From Perkinsus olseni (lineage: Eukaryota), in assembly GCA_013115125.1 (NCBI GenBank), contig JABANN010000005.1, positions 124,001 to 182,916 on the forward strand: a stretch of DNA of 58,916 nucleotides. Direction: 5' to 3'. Positions 38,880 through 51,334 of this stretch are shown here, piece by piece; position 1 is the stretch's first letter; each line of letters opens with the position of its first letter. The translations under genes and the position numbers were made by a program. The notes under the pieces are model-generated. The model searched no databases. It was given only the letters and a program-made list of their open reading frames with translations, and was not told the DNA's origin.

Positions 38880-41149
38880 TACAGTCTTTGACTATGAACT
38901 CACACAGACGTGCTTGGACCCTGGCCGGTTGAAGAGCTGTCTGGCCGCCTCTTGAACACTGCAGCTCGACGCGCGAACAGCCGTGTGCTGCCCTAGTGTA
39001 ATACTTTTGGCGGCAACCGGCGGTTCCCACAGGGGATGATACAAATCGAATTCGGCCACACAACACTAGCGCAGGTCTTTAGAGAAGTGACTATCTCCAC
39101 ACTGATCACTCTCTATGAGCTTCTGTCATGAACTGCGTGAAAAGTTCTCGCTCTCGGAGTTTATCGCGCAACAGTTCCGACGGCGAGCCGATGGTCGTGA
39201 CGATGACGTCAGAGCTCCTCAGATTTTGCGAAGTGCACGCTCCGACCTTGGATACCAGCTCATCTATCTCAGAGCCCATCTCCTTGAGGCACTCCTCTGG
39301 GAAGCACCGCCACGCTCGTGGGTCAGTCCGAGAAGCCACACCAGGACACGACCGGGCCTTCTGCATGAACTCAAGGCTCGCTAGAGTCTCTCCGAATGCC
39401 TCTGGGCTAGTGGACAAAGGAACCAGAACGAACCCTCGACCTGCAGAGCAACCCACTGAAGAGGCTCGCGTGGATCAGTACCCACCCCCGGCTCCAAGAC
39501 CAGCCTGACAGAGCTTGGTCAACTTTGAGTCTCTCCAGCCAGCGACAACTCGGCGGTCCTTCGCCTGCGCTTGCAGTTCGGACAAGACATGGATGATCTT
39601 GTTGAACGCTTTTAAGGTGAAGTCCTCTCGCTTGACGCTCCCTGAAACGGCGGCCGCCACAGTGACTGGAATGGTCGAAGCATTCCTCACCATTTTTGTT
39701 CTGCAGCTGGTTGACAGCTGGGGCAAAGGGACCTTGAAAGAAGGGGGACTCAGTTACTCATTATGCGCTGACCATCTTGTGCATGCGTGCAGAGCTAATA
39801 CTCCACACTCCAGAACTAAGAACTTAGATAAGCCTGACGAACTAGATCCTAAAGATGAGGAGAACTAATAGAACGGAAAAAGATGAAGAACCAAAAGATA
39901 AGCCTTCCCGTCTTATGTTGACTGTGGAAAAGCAACAGCGCCACGCAACGCTTCTTCTTACCACCCCCTCCATGCTCTGCACCAGCCAAGTCCAAAAAGT
40001 GCAATCTGCACATCCGATGACTCCCCAGGCCGTCTCCAAACCTGCACCGGCCGAGTCACTCAAGTTCCCCCATGTGGCTTACAGTAGAGTGAGGGTGACC
40101 AATGCATGCGCGCGGGCGTCCTTCTTTCTCGCTCCGCCCGAAACGAAGATCCCTGGTTCTCGTACATTCGCCCTCACCCGGGACAGCGAATCCTGCGAGG
40201 AAGGCACTCACATGCCGTTCCACTCAGAAATTGAGCTCGCTCGCTCAGTGGACAATTTTTTTGACACGACTGTTACGCTCCATCCCTGAGGAATGGTCGT
40301 GTCAAAAAATGGGAGGATCCTCGTTTACACGTGCAGAGTAGTCTGAACTATTCTTAATATCCGTCCGTCTCCGAAGCTCCCCTTGGCCTTGCGTTCCACG
40401 TATGAGTAAGAATACTATAACACCGGCCCCACCTCGATGTCTGCCTCGGACGCTATCCTCTCACAGGCCAGGTCACCCTCAATGGCAAAGCCTTCGAAAG
40501 GCCCTCTATCTCGGACTCGCAGAGAGGGATTGAAGTCCGGTGACACGAGACAGTCGGCCAACAGCTCCGTCAAAACCCCTACACGCCCTCGTCCACTGCA
40601 CGATTGACACGGATGGGAGTACCAGCTTTCATCGCCTTTATCGTGGCCCGTTTCCAATAGAGATCCTTCTGAGCGGCGGCGAGAGCCACCCGACAGCACA
40701 ACCTAAGCGCAGGAACGTCGGAGGGCAGTGATTCACTGGCAGTGAAGATCTGTTGCTTCGCCGTTGTTGGTCATAGACAAGCCAAAGTAAGAAGGAGTGT
40801 AGAGCTTATCTACTTGTGAAGCTTACTCTCTCGAGGGGAACCAGCTATGCACGCATGCACAAGACGATCGGCGCATAATGAGTAGCAGGACCGCTCCTAC
40901 TCTATGACGCCCGCCTGCTGCCCTTCGCCGCAGGAGGAGCCCCACATTTGAGGAGACCCTCCACCAGTGCCACGAGGCCCTACGTAGACCACAGTAGCCT
41001 CTCCACCGGTATGGACTACATCCTCTATTGCTCGGCTTAGCACAGAAGGCAAGCCTGATCAGAGCATGGCACAACTACTAACACGGGGCGTACGACGATG
41101 GACGAGTGGAGTGGGATCTTGAAGCAGGCGCAGCCACGGGAGAGTCCAT
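38880..41149 (-). CDS. Divergent kinesin-motor-like protein; multi-exon
   Basis: LRVRDRGPFEGFAIEG, RLHFLDLAGAE, AFNKIIHVLS, WRDSKLTKLCQAGLG, ETLASLEFMQKA, followed by a coiled coil. Ends are approximate. Confidence 0.8.
39755..39796 (+). repeat. Dispersed ~45-bp repeat, copy B (kinesin intron)
   Basis: tactcattatgcgctgaccatcttgtgcatgcgtgcagagct. Confidence 0.85.
40843..40890 (-). repeat. Dispersed ~45-bp repeat, copy C (kinesin region, inverted)
   Basis: Reverse complement reads tcctgctactcattatgcgccgatcgtcttgtgcatgcgtgcatagct. Confidence 0.85.
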
Positions 41150-42949
41150 GCGACACAGAGGTGAGTGTGCAATAGCGATCGGCCAAACATGCGAGCTAGT
41201 GGCGTTCGGACGGGCGTACAATTTGCTCTGTAGTGGGCCTCGCCGAGTTATGTGACTGCATGACAGACCGATTGAGCGCTGAGGTCAAAGCATGCACCAT
41301 TCGAAGCGAAAAGATGCCGAAGCTGTTGATCTGGCATGACTGGACTTACCGCGTCACCCTCACTCCGCACGTGAAGATCGAACGCTCAATTGAACGTGAA
41401 CACTGTGTCAACACCCCCGGACCCACGCGGCGTAGGAGAACCGTAGATTTCCTCCATCATCACGATATCGTCAATCAGGTAACTCCTTGGCTTCAGTGCT
41501 GTCGAGTTGGGTCTTTTGATTCTCACAACTTTCTCTGAAGGAATCCGGTTCGGCAGGAAGAGCCCCTCCGGCAGTTTTCGACCTACCCGAGGTTTTCACG
41601 TTCTTTCCAAGGGAACAACAGGCCCCGGGTTGTGGACGAGAATCGAAGACACCGATGCACTTGAACGCCCCGGTGTCCTGCGGTGGATGAGCACTGCTAG
41701 AGACCCTCTAGTAGAGGAGGGCAGCTGCCGTCACACAAAGCCTCCAGATTTTTCCCTGCAGAAGTCAAGCTGCCGTGTTCCTCCTCTTACCCGTGCATCG
41801 GTTATAGCGTCCGTTGCCTTCACGCTGCATTTTCGCGTCACGTTTCCGCCCTCGACCCCTCCTTTCGTGCGGAGGAGTGTCATTCACTGTTATCAATGTA
41901 CAACTATCGCTATCACTATGGCCACGTGTGACCGCTTGCAGGCCTCCTTCCGCGGTCCAGAACAGCGTGCTCTGCGGGTACGGTCCAGCGTAAGCGTACT
42001 TCAAAACACAGTTCTCCCCCAAATCTCCATCTCCATAAAGGTTCTATCTATGACGGTTCGCCTCAGTGAGTCATTCTCGACCATAACCTCACAATTCGAA
42101 ATCGGCTACGATCGACTTTAGAATGTAAACGGTATTTCTGTGAAGTCCTCGGGAAAACACGGCGCGCTCCTTAGCGTTCGTAGAACCAACAAAAAACGCC
42201 CAAAAAGCTCATCTGGAAGAATTGGCGTGAAACATGATAATTCGGGACGGTACTGACGACGCGCGTCATCCGATCCGCGGCCCCGCTGTAACTGGTGGTA
42301 CTCCGGTCATTAACAAGGCGAATGCAGGTCTTCCTCCTGACATTTTTTCTCGAAATTACACCTCTATGAGGGTTCAAAACAGTAGCCTTTCACACAGTGC
42401 AAACTTTGATGTCCAAAAAATTCACTCAGCGTAGGCTTTCCGTTTCCACTTCACGTAGAAGCGCCTTCGGTTCATCAGCAGGCAAGCAAACAGTAATACT
42501 GATACAACCAGGCATGCCACTAAGCTCGAGGAGGGGTGAACCTGAAAGTCATCAGGACCATCTCTTGCTAGGTTTCTCCGACTGAGTAATACGGCATACG
42601 ACGATAGGATAGAGAGGGAGCGGATGCTCTCAACATAAAACTATTCGTTAATGATACGCCAATCTGATATTCTAACTTGATATACGCTGCCTGATGGAGA
42701 TTCAAAACACCAGTGAAGCACATTGCACATGGGGTCTCTGTCTTCTCCACTTCGCGGAAAATTGGGCTTCTTACAGTAATCCTATGTAGACAGGCGTATA
42801 CAGGCCAACGGATATTATTATCATAGTATGAATCATAGCATAAACTGATTGAAAAAAGCTATAATGATGTACTAAATCCATGAGAGTACTTCGCTTCATA
42901 GTGTATGACCATCAACACCCATTACACGCTCAAATCAACCGAACTTCGA

Positions 42950-44302
42950 CTAGCGCCTCGAGCCTACCTCGATGTCTCCACTGTCCGCGGTGAGGGACTG
43001 AGTGCCCACGTATGCTCCTCGTAAGAAGACAACTACTTCACTCTCGTCAAAGGGTTGTTCTGGCGTCGCAGATACGCCTTTCCGACACTTGGTACACTCA
43101 TCCTTAGTTGGCCATGCTGTATCCTTGCCTGTTATACCCCTCTTGTGTGCCGTCCTATTATTAACCATATTATGAAAGCGCCATAACCACAGGGCCGTAT
43201 GCCTCTTATCAGGATGGACCATCGTGCATCGACCAGCAGCACAATCATCATAGCCTTTAACGAAGTGCTGTGCACATTCGAGACACATAAAAAGCTCAGC
43301 AACAATGGCCCGTATACAGGACATGACAGCAAGGCCCGTTGTTTGACCAGTGTTACCGAAAGCCAAGAAGCCTCTATCAGTATGGACCCGGTCAACGCCA
43401 AGCGTGAGACCATGGAGGAACTGCCACAGACCGCAGCTCAGATCTTCACAGTGCTTCCAATGGGGGTCGGGATTGATTCGCATCTCCGCGGGAGACAACA
43501 AGTCGAGCCCATTCTGCCATATACCATGGTCGACCTCAGATACCCCAGTGATCAAGTCTTGCAAGGTAGAAACCTTCCTCCTAAACGACGCGTCGGGATG
43601 AGCGGCCACAACGACCGGCAAGATTTGTTTTCTCAGTACCCGCACCTTTTCGGCAGCGACCGTCTTGTCCGATAACACCACCGCCGTTTCCAATATACTA
43701 GCAAATGCCAGCTGGCCGTCGAAGAGCCTCATTTCATACGTCACCCCAGTCTCCCTCAAAAAGATGCTCTCTTCAACGGACTTAGCTATAGAATTGTAGT
43801 CACCAACCCTAGGCAATAACGACTCAGAGTAGACAGCGGACGCACCGGGAGCCTGTGTAGAAGCAGCAGTAGCGGAGGCCACAACTGAGAGGCCCAGTCG
43901 TGCTCGCGCGAAGTCCTCAAGGGACTCAGATCTTGACTTGAACTCCGCTAGCACTGTGCCGTTCTTGTAGTGCTTCACATTCGGGTATGCACGAATGCCC
44001 TTTGGACGACAGAATTTGCCATAGACCGCGCAATCAATGGCGATTAACCTCGCCTGTCCGGCCTCGTCGAAGGCATCCTTCCCGAGGGACTCAGCCAGGG
44101 CTTTGTATTTTGGGGCAAAACGGATGCAGTGGCCGCACCAATGGGCGTAGAAAAGGACGAGCTTGTCCGTATTAGATGACACTACGCGGTCGAAGTCCCT
44201 GTCGGACACTTCTAAAACTTTGGAGGCCTCTCCCATAAATAAGAATTTGTCACCGCGGGCCATAGTTGTCGCGATGATAACAATGAAATTGAACAGTATC
44301 AT
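42950..44302 (-). CDS. QSOX: Quiescin-sulfhydryl oxidase (thioredoxin + Erv/ALR), paralog 1
   Basis: Signal-like MILFNFIVIIA. Trx FYAHWCGHC. Erv domain CGLWQFLHGL, CLECAQHF, LWLWRFHNMVN and WPTKDECTKC. Confidence 0.9.
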   Translation of the reverse strand: MILFNFIVIIATTMARGDKFLFMGEASKVLEVSDRDFDRVVSSNTDKLVLFYAHWCGHCIRFAPKYKALAESLGKDAFDEAGQARLIAIDCAVYGKFCRPKGIRAYPNVKHYKNGTVLAEFKSRSESLEDFARARLGLSVVASATAASTQAPGASAVYSESLLPRVGDYNSIAKSVEESIFLRETGVTYEMRLFDGQLAFASILETAVVLSDKTVAAEKVRVLRKQILPVVVAAHPDASFRRKVSTLQDLITGVSEVDHGIWQNGLDLLSPAEMRINPDPHWKHCEDLSCGLWQFLHGLTLGVDRVHTDRGFLAFGNTGQTTGLAVMSCIRAIVAELFMCLECAQHFVKGYDDCAAGRCTMVHPDKRHTALWLWRFHNMVNNRTAHKRGITGKDTAWPTKDECTKCRKGVSATPEQPFDESEVVVFLRGAYVGTQSLTADSGDIEVGSRR

Positions 44303-45201
44303 AGGAGACGGTCTCCATGCAACTTCAAGGTTCAAAAACACAGCCATTGGCAAGTTGCCAATGGCAACCTCAACTGCACGACAGCCAGGATGATAGACAC
44401 AAAACCCTAAGCAAAGCTGAAAAGGTATAAAGCGTGAAGGACAAGTGACTCGGTCCCTGAACTCTCGTTTCACTACGATTTCTCCCATCAGCCTCATCCA
44501 ATGTTCGGTGTTTCGTCACAAGACTAGCTGGGTTAGCGGTGTTTTTCCACCATTAGACAGGGGGGGAGGGGGGGTTAGCGATGGGACCCGACCATCGCCG
44601 TATTTATTCAGGATTCTTAGTAGCGACCAGTGCTCGGCAGGAGGCGTATCGACACCTAGGTCAGAGTACGTCAGGACCAGAGTTCGGACGTATCGACCAG
44701 AAGTCGTCAACTTTGCGCACACTCCCAAGGATGGTTGATGAACGCAAACTTCGTGAGAGATGGATAAGGCAGTTGATGCGAAAATGTAGAGGAAATGATC
44801 TGGATTTATGGTACTCCACCGCTAATGCTCCGACGACCACAACGCACTTCTTCAGCAAAAATAAAGGCGGAAAAATTGGCTCTTCCGAGCGGGAGTAAAA
44901 ATCAGTTATGGAAGCTGCGCAGATGGAAGCCTGAGGTGTCGAAATGGCGCCTGCTGCCTCGTGAGGGTCGTCAATAATGGCGGGGCGGGCTGTGTCGTCA
45001 GAAAGGCGATCAAGACCTGGATTGCCACGACCAATGCGGAAGAGTGTCAACTTTCCCGCAGCAAAGACGGAAGCTAAATATAATTCAACGGAAAAATACT
45101 CGGCGACGTTGTGGTGCATGACGAAGGCGAAGAATTCGCTAAAAGGATGGCCTAAAAAACGGGATCGAACGGGCATGGTTTGTGCGACCAATGGATACCT
45201 C

Positions 45202-46816
45202 TCAGAAATTGGTCACCATAATCAACGGTAAAATAGCCAGCGAAAGCAAGGCGATTGTGTGGTAACCCAGCTGTACCTAAAGCTGCGTCATGACAAAGGC
45301 TGCGATCGGGCGAAGACAAAACTGAGTCGAAACTCACCATCGGACGGGAGCCACTAGGGCCAGTAGGCTTGACATCCGAGCTCTGCGGATAATAGGACTC
45401 CTCGAGGAAGTCCATCACCGCGTCTTCATTAAACGTGTAGTTGTTGCTCACACCGGAGCGGTACTCTCGACACTTGGTACACTCATCCTTGGTAGGCCAT
45501 GCTGTATCCTTGCCTGTGATACCCCTCTCGTGTGCCGTCCTATTATTAACCATATTATGAAAGCGCCATAACCACAGGGCCGTATGCCTCTTATCAGGAT
45601 GGACCATCGTGCATCGACCGGCAGCACAATCATCATAGCCTTTAACGAAGTGCTGTGCACATTCGAGACACATAAAAAAATCCACAACAAACGTCTTGAT
45701 TGTCTTCATAACCACTTCCCCAGCAGAGTCGTTCGCCGGAAGATTCGACCTCCGACCCACTCCCAAAGTAAGGGAATGGAAGAACTGCCACAACCCGCAG
45801 TTGAAGTTATTGCAGTGCTTCCAGAACGCATCAGGCTGCGAACGCATAGCCCTTGGGGCGATCCCGTCCAACATACTCATCCACTGAGCTCTACTGATAG
45901 CGCCGGAAGCGTTATGTGTTATGTTGTCTAGCAGGCCGCGGACGTCCTCTCGGAACTCCTTATCGGGATGGACAGCCATGATGACCGGCAAGAGGCTCTC
46001 TTCTAGCGTCTTTAACTTCTCCTCTATAAGAGTTTTGTTCATCGGAAAGAACGTGGCCGTGTGCAGAGCATAGGCAAACGCGAGGATCCCGTCCAGTGTG
46101 CGCATCGCGTAAGTAGCATTACCTTCATCCGGAAAAATGCTCCCTCCAGTGGGAGTTGTCGTGGTAGTGATAACGGCAGGAGAGGACTTGGTCGTCGTAG
46201 ATGTTCGGCAAGGTGTCGTGATGATAGTACTAGGAGTTGGGGAAGATGTGGTCCTAGTGGTAGTGGTGGTTGTAGTGGTTGGTGTCGATGATGCCGAGCT
46301 GGGTGTCGTGGTAGGACACGGGGTAGTAGTTGGCGTTGTTGTGGTAGTGCTCGTTGTAGTGGTGGGCGGTGGTGTTGCCGGTGTTTGCTTGAGCACGTTC
46401 TTAAGATACTTCACTGGATCAGCAGGAAACAGGCCCCCACTGGTCTTGCCTCCCAAGTAGGTGAAGAAGTCCGGATAGAATCCAACTCCCTGCTCTCCGC
46501 AGAACTCATTCGCCTCGTCGTCTCGGGCACAGTCAAAGGCCACCACCCTTGGTAGGCCCTCCTCGTCATAGAACGTCTTCGGGTCGTAGAATTCGTTTTG
46601 GTGCGCTATGAGGTGGTGCGCAACGGCCTGGCAGTGGCCACACCAATGCGCATAGAAAATGACGACCTTCTTATACAGCTTTGTAGCTTCAGCCTTCCTC
46701 ACGTCGTTCTCATCACCGTCGAGGATCTTCGTCTTGCCCTTGGGATACAGACCATGGTAGGAGCGGTGGAACACAGCGATCATCATCGCGGCCATCTCGG
46801 GTAGCTGGAGACGCAT
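45202..46816 (-). CDS. QSOX: Quiescin-sulfhydryl oxidase, paralog 2, with a Thr/Pro-rich linker and a hydrophobic C-terminus
   Basis: FYAHWCGHC, a poly-Thr linker, CGLWQFFHSL, CLECAQHF and WPTKDECTKC. An inferred last exon encodes LGYHTIALLSLAILPLIMVTNF*. Confidence 0.88.
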
Positions 46817-47188
46817 TGATGGGGCGGGGCGCACAACAGATCCTAAAAATCAAGAAAATCGCCAATCAGAAAAATAAATTGCTCCAAGACAAGGGACGTT
46901 TTGCCACGCTAAAAGCGACAGTGAAAGATGACGTTAACCTTCACCTCAGCGAGGTCGGGAGATCGACGAACAACGTAACAACTCCGACTAAAGCGGCTTT
47001 CGCCGTCAATCCCTCGTTACCCAACTCCAGACGAAGGGCACTCGCAGCCTAGTATCACCGCTATCAAGGGTTGTCAGATATCGTCCGGCGGACGTCACAT
47101 CTGCACGCACGCGCAAATCGCAGCAAATCATAAAAAACCCAGACGCGTTCCGGTGCCACCCTCCCTCAACACAAGCCCAACCCAGTTC

Positions 47189-48850
47189 TCAAAAGGTTGC
47201 ATCAGCGGGTGGTGGTGGTGACGGCTGAGCCGCTGCCGTGTCGTCTGCGCTACCACTGGGAGGCACGCCAGTCAATGCTTCTTTTGTGTCCATCGCCAAC
47301 AGCTCTCGTTCAAGCCTCACCTTCACCAGCTCCGCCTGTCTTAGGGCGATCTCCAATTCTGACTTTTTGTCGAGCAATTTCTCCAAAGAAATGTGGCCTC
47401 TTCCGTCCACCCACGACCCGTCCAACACATGCTCCGCTGAGGAGGTCGACTCCGAATCATAATTGTACTCTGAATATCGATCATCTGGGCGAGCGCTACT
47501 ACACTCCACTCAACTCACCACGACTGTTGCGCGAGCTCCTTCGCTTGCGATTGCCTCCAGATGCAGCTGCGGAGCGCGGTCGCGAAGGGCTACCGTCGAC
47601 GCTTGAAGCTGTTGCGGTCGGATGCCAGTTGAGATACTCTCTTGTGAGGACGTTGTGCCAGTGGTCCGGGGGGTACTTGTCCCCGCCGCCACGGCGCACA
47701 CGCTCCACTAGACAGGTTATACGACGCTTAATCTCAAGTGTACCTGAGAGGGTGAATTTTATCTAGCCAGTAGCAAAGATACGACTCAGCGGAGTATCCG
47801 AGGTCGATCATGGGCAGTCTCACTTTTAGGTTGAGCATTAGGGAATCTTCTGTTCATCGCCACTGCAATCATCTGATAGATCTTATTGCGAGTCCTCACC
47901 ATACCTTCGAACTTTCCCTTCAATTGTGCACTGAAACAGTGATCACCTCCACGTGGAAACGACTCACTGCTCGTCCACGACGAAAAAGGCAGCCGACAAG
48001 AACGACCCTGTTACACCTCGCAACCACAGGAGCACAAAATTTAAAGGTTCCCTTTGCTTCTGGACGAGAGACTCGCGTCTCAAAAGTTCCGATCTGGCGT
48101 AAACTCCACCCGTGCGCTGATTTCATACACCAACAACAACGCGGCACACGGCGGTGTTGGCTGGGTCGCAACGATAAGCCCACTTACCGATGCTTGACCA
48201 TCTGATCCACCAAAAAGTTATTCTCCTCTTCAGTGTAGTCCCCCGGGGGCACTGGTGTCACCGTGAGGGCTGAGCAGGAAGAGCGAAGAATATAGCTGAC
48301 GTATCGACAAGTGCCTCGTTCACTTAGTAATGGGTGATACCACAACAAACGTATGAAAACTAATAATGTAACAAGAAAATTCCGCCAGCAAAATACGAAA
48401 TATCACATCCAGATAGGATAAAGCTTGTAGTCCTGAGCAGGGGTAGAAGAATTTTACCCGTTTGCCCCCCATCTACGACGTCTAGTACGAGTATCACTGT
48501 TACCGATGTGGACCGCTTTCACGTGAATTTCACTGAAACTGTTCGAAATATTCATCGAAAACGGACGCTCCTCAGCGCTTACATCTCATGAAGGCCTCAT
48601 CGACGACTCTGTTCTCTTCGTCGCTGCCATTCTTCCCAGCTCCGTCGGCGGATGGCAGTCCAGGCTGACCGAAGCCCGACTGTTGCTGCTGTTGCTGCAA
48701 TAGCACAGCTGCAGCCGCTATCGCAGCAGCTGAGGAGGGCCCGCTGGTGGGAGGCGGTGACGTCACGGTATGTGACGCCGTCACAGTCCCAGGAGGCTGC
48801 GGCGCAGTGAGTGCGCCGAGACCCTGGGAGGGATCCGGGGCGCCGGACAT
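47189..48850 (-). CDS. Hypothetical protein (poly-Ala/Gln N-terminus, possible Myb-like helix, C-terminal coiled coil); multi-exon
   Basis: Exons MSGAPDPSQG..AAAAVLLQQQQQQ, PPGDYTEEENNFLVDQMVKH, and LEKLLDKKSELEIALRQAELVKVRLERELL. Confidence 0.55.
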
Positions 48851-49006
48851 GCAGGCTGCTGCGTTTAACTGCTGAACGAGCCACAGTATTACTCGTGAGC
48901 CCGGCCGAAAACAAAAACTATTTTCGCTTCGCTCCGCCTTCGAAAGTTCAGTGGAGGGTTCAAAAAATTGGTTGAATACACAAAATCATGTCATCACAGT
49001 TTGTCA

Positions 49007-51054
49007 TCACAGTTTGCTCTCTCCGTCCTCTAAAGGCCCACGCAAGGGTAGGGCGAAGACCTTCTGAGCGTTGGTGGAGAGGAAGCGGTCCTTCACGTCA
49101 GGCGGCAGGCCGAGCTGGTGCACTTGCTGCATGCACTTCTTGAGATCAAGTTGGGGAAAGTTGGTACCAAACATAACCTGATACGGGCGGACGACTAATG
49201 ACAGTCAACAAACCGAAGACCACAGGAAGCAGACGAATCCATAAGGATCCAACGGCGACCGAATGCCGCTTGAGACGAGGGACGATCATCGTGACTGCTC
49301 TTGAGGATTTTACCTTTTTCGAGCCGGACTTGGTGTGTATGTACGCTAGTAAATCCCTGCCGTACATCTTGGGAAGGTAGGCACTAGTGTCAAGATAGAT
49401 ATTATCGTGCTTCCACATCACCGACATCATCTCATGCAACCAGGGATGTCCAATATGGCCGCAAACTATGCGGAGCTGAGAATGAGAGATGCCGTCGCTG
49501 GGATTCGAACCTGTGACTTAGTTACTTCGGGGAAATGCAGAGCCACTCTGTCGATATACGGTATCGGCCTACCGGTATCACTCGGTCGCGCCGGGCCTGT
49601 ATGACCCACCTGACGAAAGCGATATTGGAAGAAACGACAGCCGCAGGGATCGAACCCACGTCCTCAGTACCTGCGTGCACAAGGGCACTCCCAGCTCCAC
49701 ACATTTCAAGTATATAGGATAGTAGGTCTCGTGCGTTGGTGGCCTGTCCCATAACCAAGGCATGATACGGACCCCTGAGAGCCGCCGCCCTCTACCGCTG
49801 GGGGGTCGATTAATGCATTCACATACCAACAAAACCATCATCTTTAACGGCCTTCTCGATCAGCCTCGCGGCTTCCACCGGCCGATCCAAGTCGACTGCT
49901 GCGAGGCCTGGCAAACAGCGTGATGGGGGATCGAAGGAAGGCTTCACGACCGGAGGCCTGTCCGGGTAGTAAGGCGCCACCAGGCCCGGTCAAGGGCGGC
50001 CAAACTTTCATATTATAATACTGAGTTGAGGACACTTCGCCAAATAGCGAACATTGTAATTACTCATAGCATGATAGCTATGCAGTTCGTAACGGAACAT
50101 ACAAAAATGAGGCCACTATGCCATATGTTGCTACAATGGCAGAGTCCTGCCTCGATACCCAGCAGGCCCGACTTCCGCCGCCACTGGCATCGTGGCCTCA
50201 CTTTTGCACAATTCATTTTTCCGTTGAAAACGGTACATTTCTGATTCACTCAGCGGCAAGAGAATATGACAAGAAGACATTCCTCACCGAAGAATCTGTC
50301 AGGCGCTGCCGTAGTAAATCTCCGCACTTTCTCGTTACTGACAGCCTCGATGCCCCCCGGCCTAACCCAAGCTGAGAGTAGCATCTGAAGGCACCAGCCG
50401 GCCGAAATCCCTTTCGATACAGCCGCTCCCTAGGATTCACTACAGCGCACAAAATACGAGTAAGAATCATTCGGGTGCGAAGATTTCACCGACGGATGGC
50501 TCCGGAAGCCTACTTAATATTATCTACAGCAGGAATTAACATAGTAAAATACACAGTATAAAGGCCATCAACATTACAGGATAATTTTCCGAAGCTTCAC
50601 ACGCAATACGGGAAGTGGCATTCTCGCTTATCCACTCTGAATTTCGCAACTTGAAAAAGGTTTTTTCTACCAGTGTTCTTCACGTCACGGGGCAAACTCT
50701 ACTGTATTATCATACTTCGACATAATAAACTGTGAGTTTACTCAGTGATATTGAGGCGCCCTTCTCAAGTACATTCTCACTACCATAGCATCGCTGCCAA
50801 CGACCACTTCCAAGCCCTTGCCTGGCCCACCTGATCGATCTCGGCGGCGTCCAGCATTCCCAGTAACCTCGACGGCGTCAAAGGAGTGTCTCCCCTGAAA
50901 TAGCCCACGAATTTCGTGGCGCAGTGACGAACGGCCTCAACCTTCCTCACCATCCTATCATCGGTGACTGCGATCTCTCGAACAGTTTGACCGCCTCTGG
51001 AACGAGGTGCCGCAGAGAGCTGTCAGCTGGCTGGCCCCAGACGTCTACGACCAT
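49007..51054 (-). CDS. Amidohydrolase_2-family protein with C-terminal SKL; multi-exon
   Basis: MVVDVWGQP, LDAAEIDQ|MLLSAW..SNEKV..PDRF, VRIMPWLW, YYPIYLKCVELGVPLCTQ|VGHTGPARPSDTGRPIPYID, GHIGHPW, NIYLDTSAY, VMFGTNFP, ending GESKL*. Confidence 0.88.
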
Positions 51055-51334
51055 CACGAAGCCCTTGCCGAAGCATTCAGATTGATAACTTTCACGCAAA
51101 GCTTGCTACGAGTACTATCTACAGTGTATTATGGTGCAACCATCTGTTCAACACAACGACGACGACGACGAATGATACTAGCCATCGTCACTAGAAGCAA
51201 ACTCTTCGCAGCACACCAAAATGGGCTCCCGACCGAGGAGGGACCAGTGGAGTGGTAATATGTACAGAAGTCCAGTGTAAAAGTAATTACTCCACAGGAA
51301 GGCGCAGCAGAAAATCGCAGCAGTATAAGCTGAT

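Noticed and set aside
41233..42900. Several 60-200-aa ORFs between the kinesin and QSOX genes
   Set aside because: No recognisable motifs or consistent exon chain could be built by eye.
44516..45191. ORFs and a G-run between the QSOX paralogs, a possible transposon remnant
   Set aside because: No transposase motif, TIR pair or TSD could be identified.
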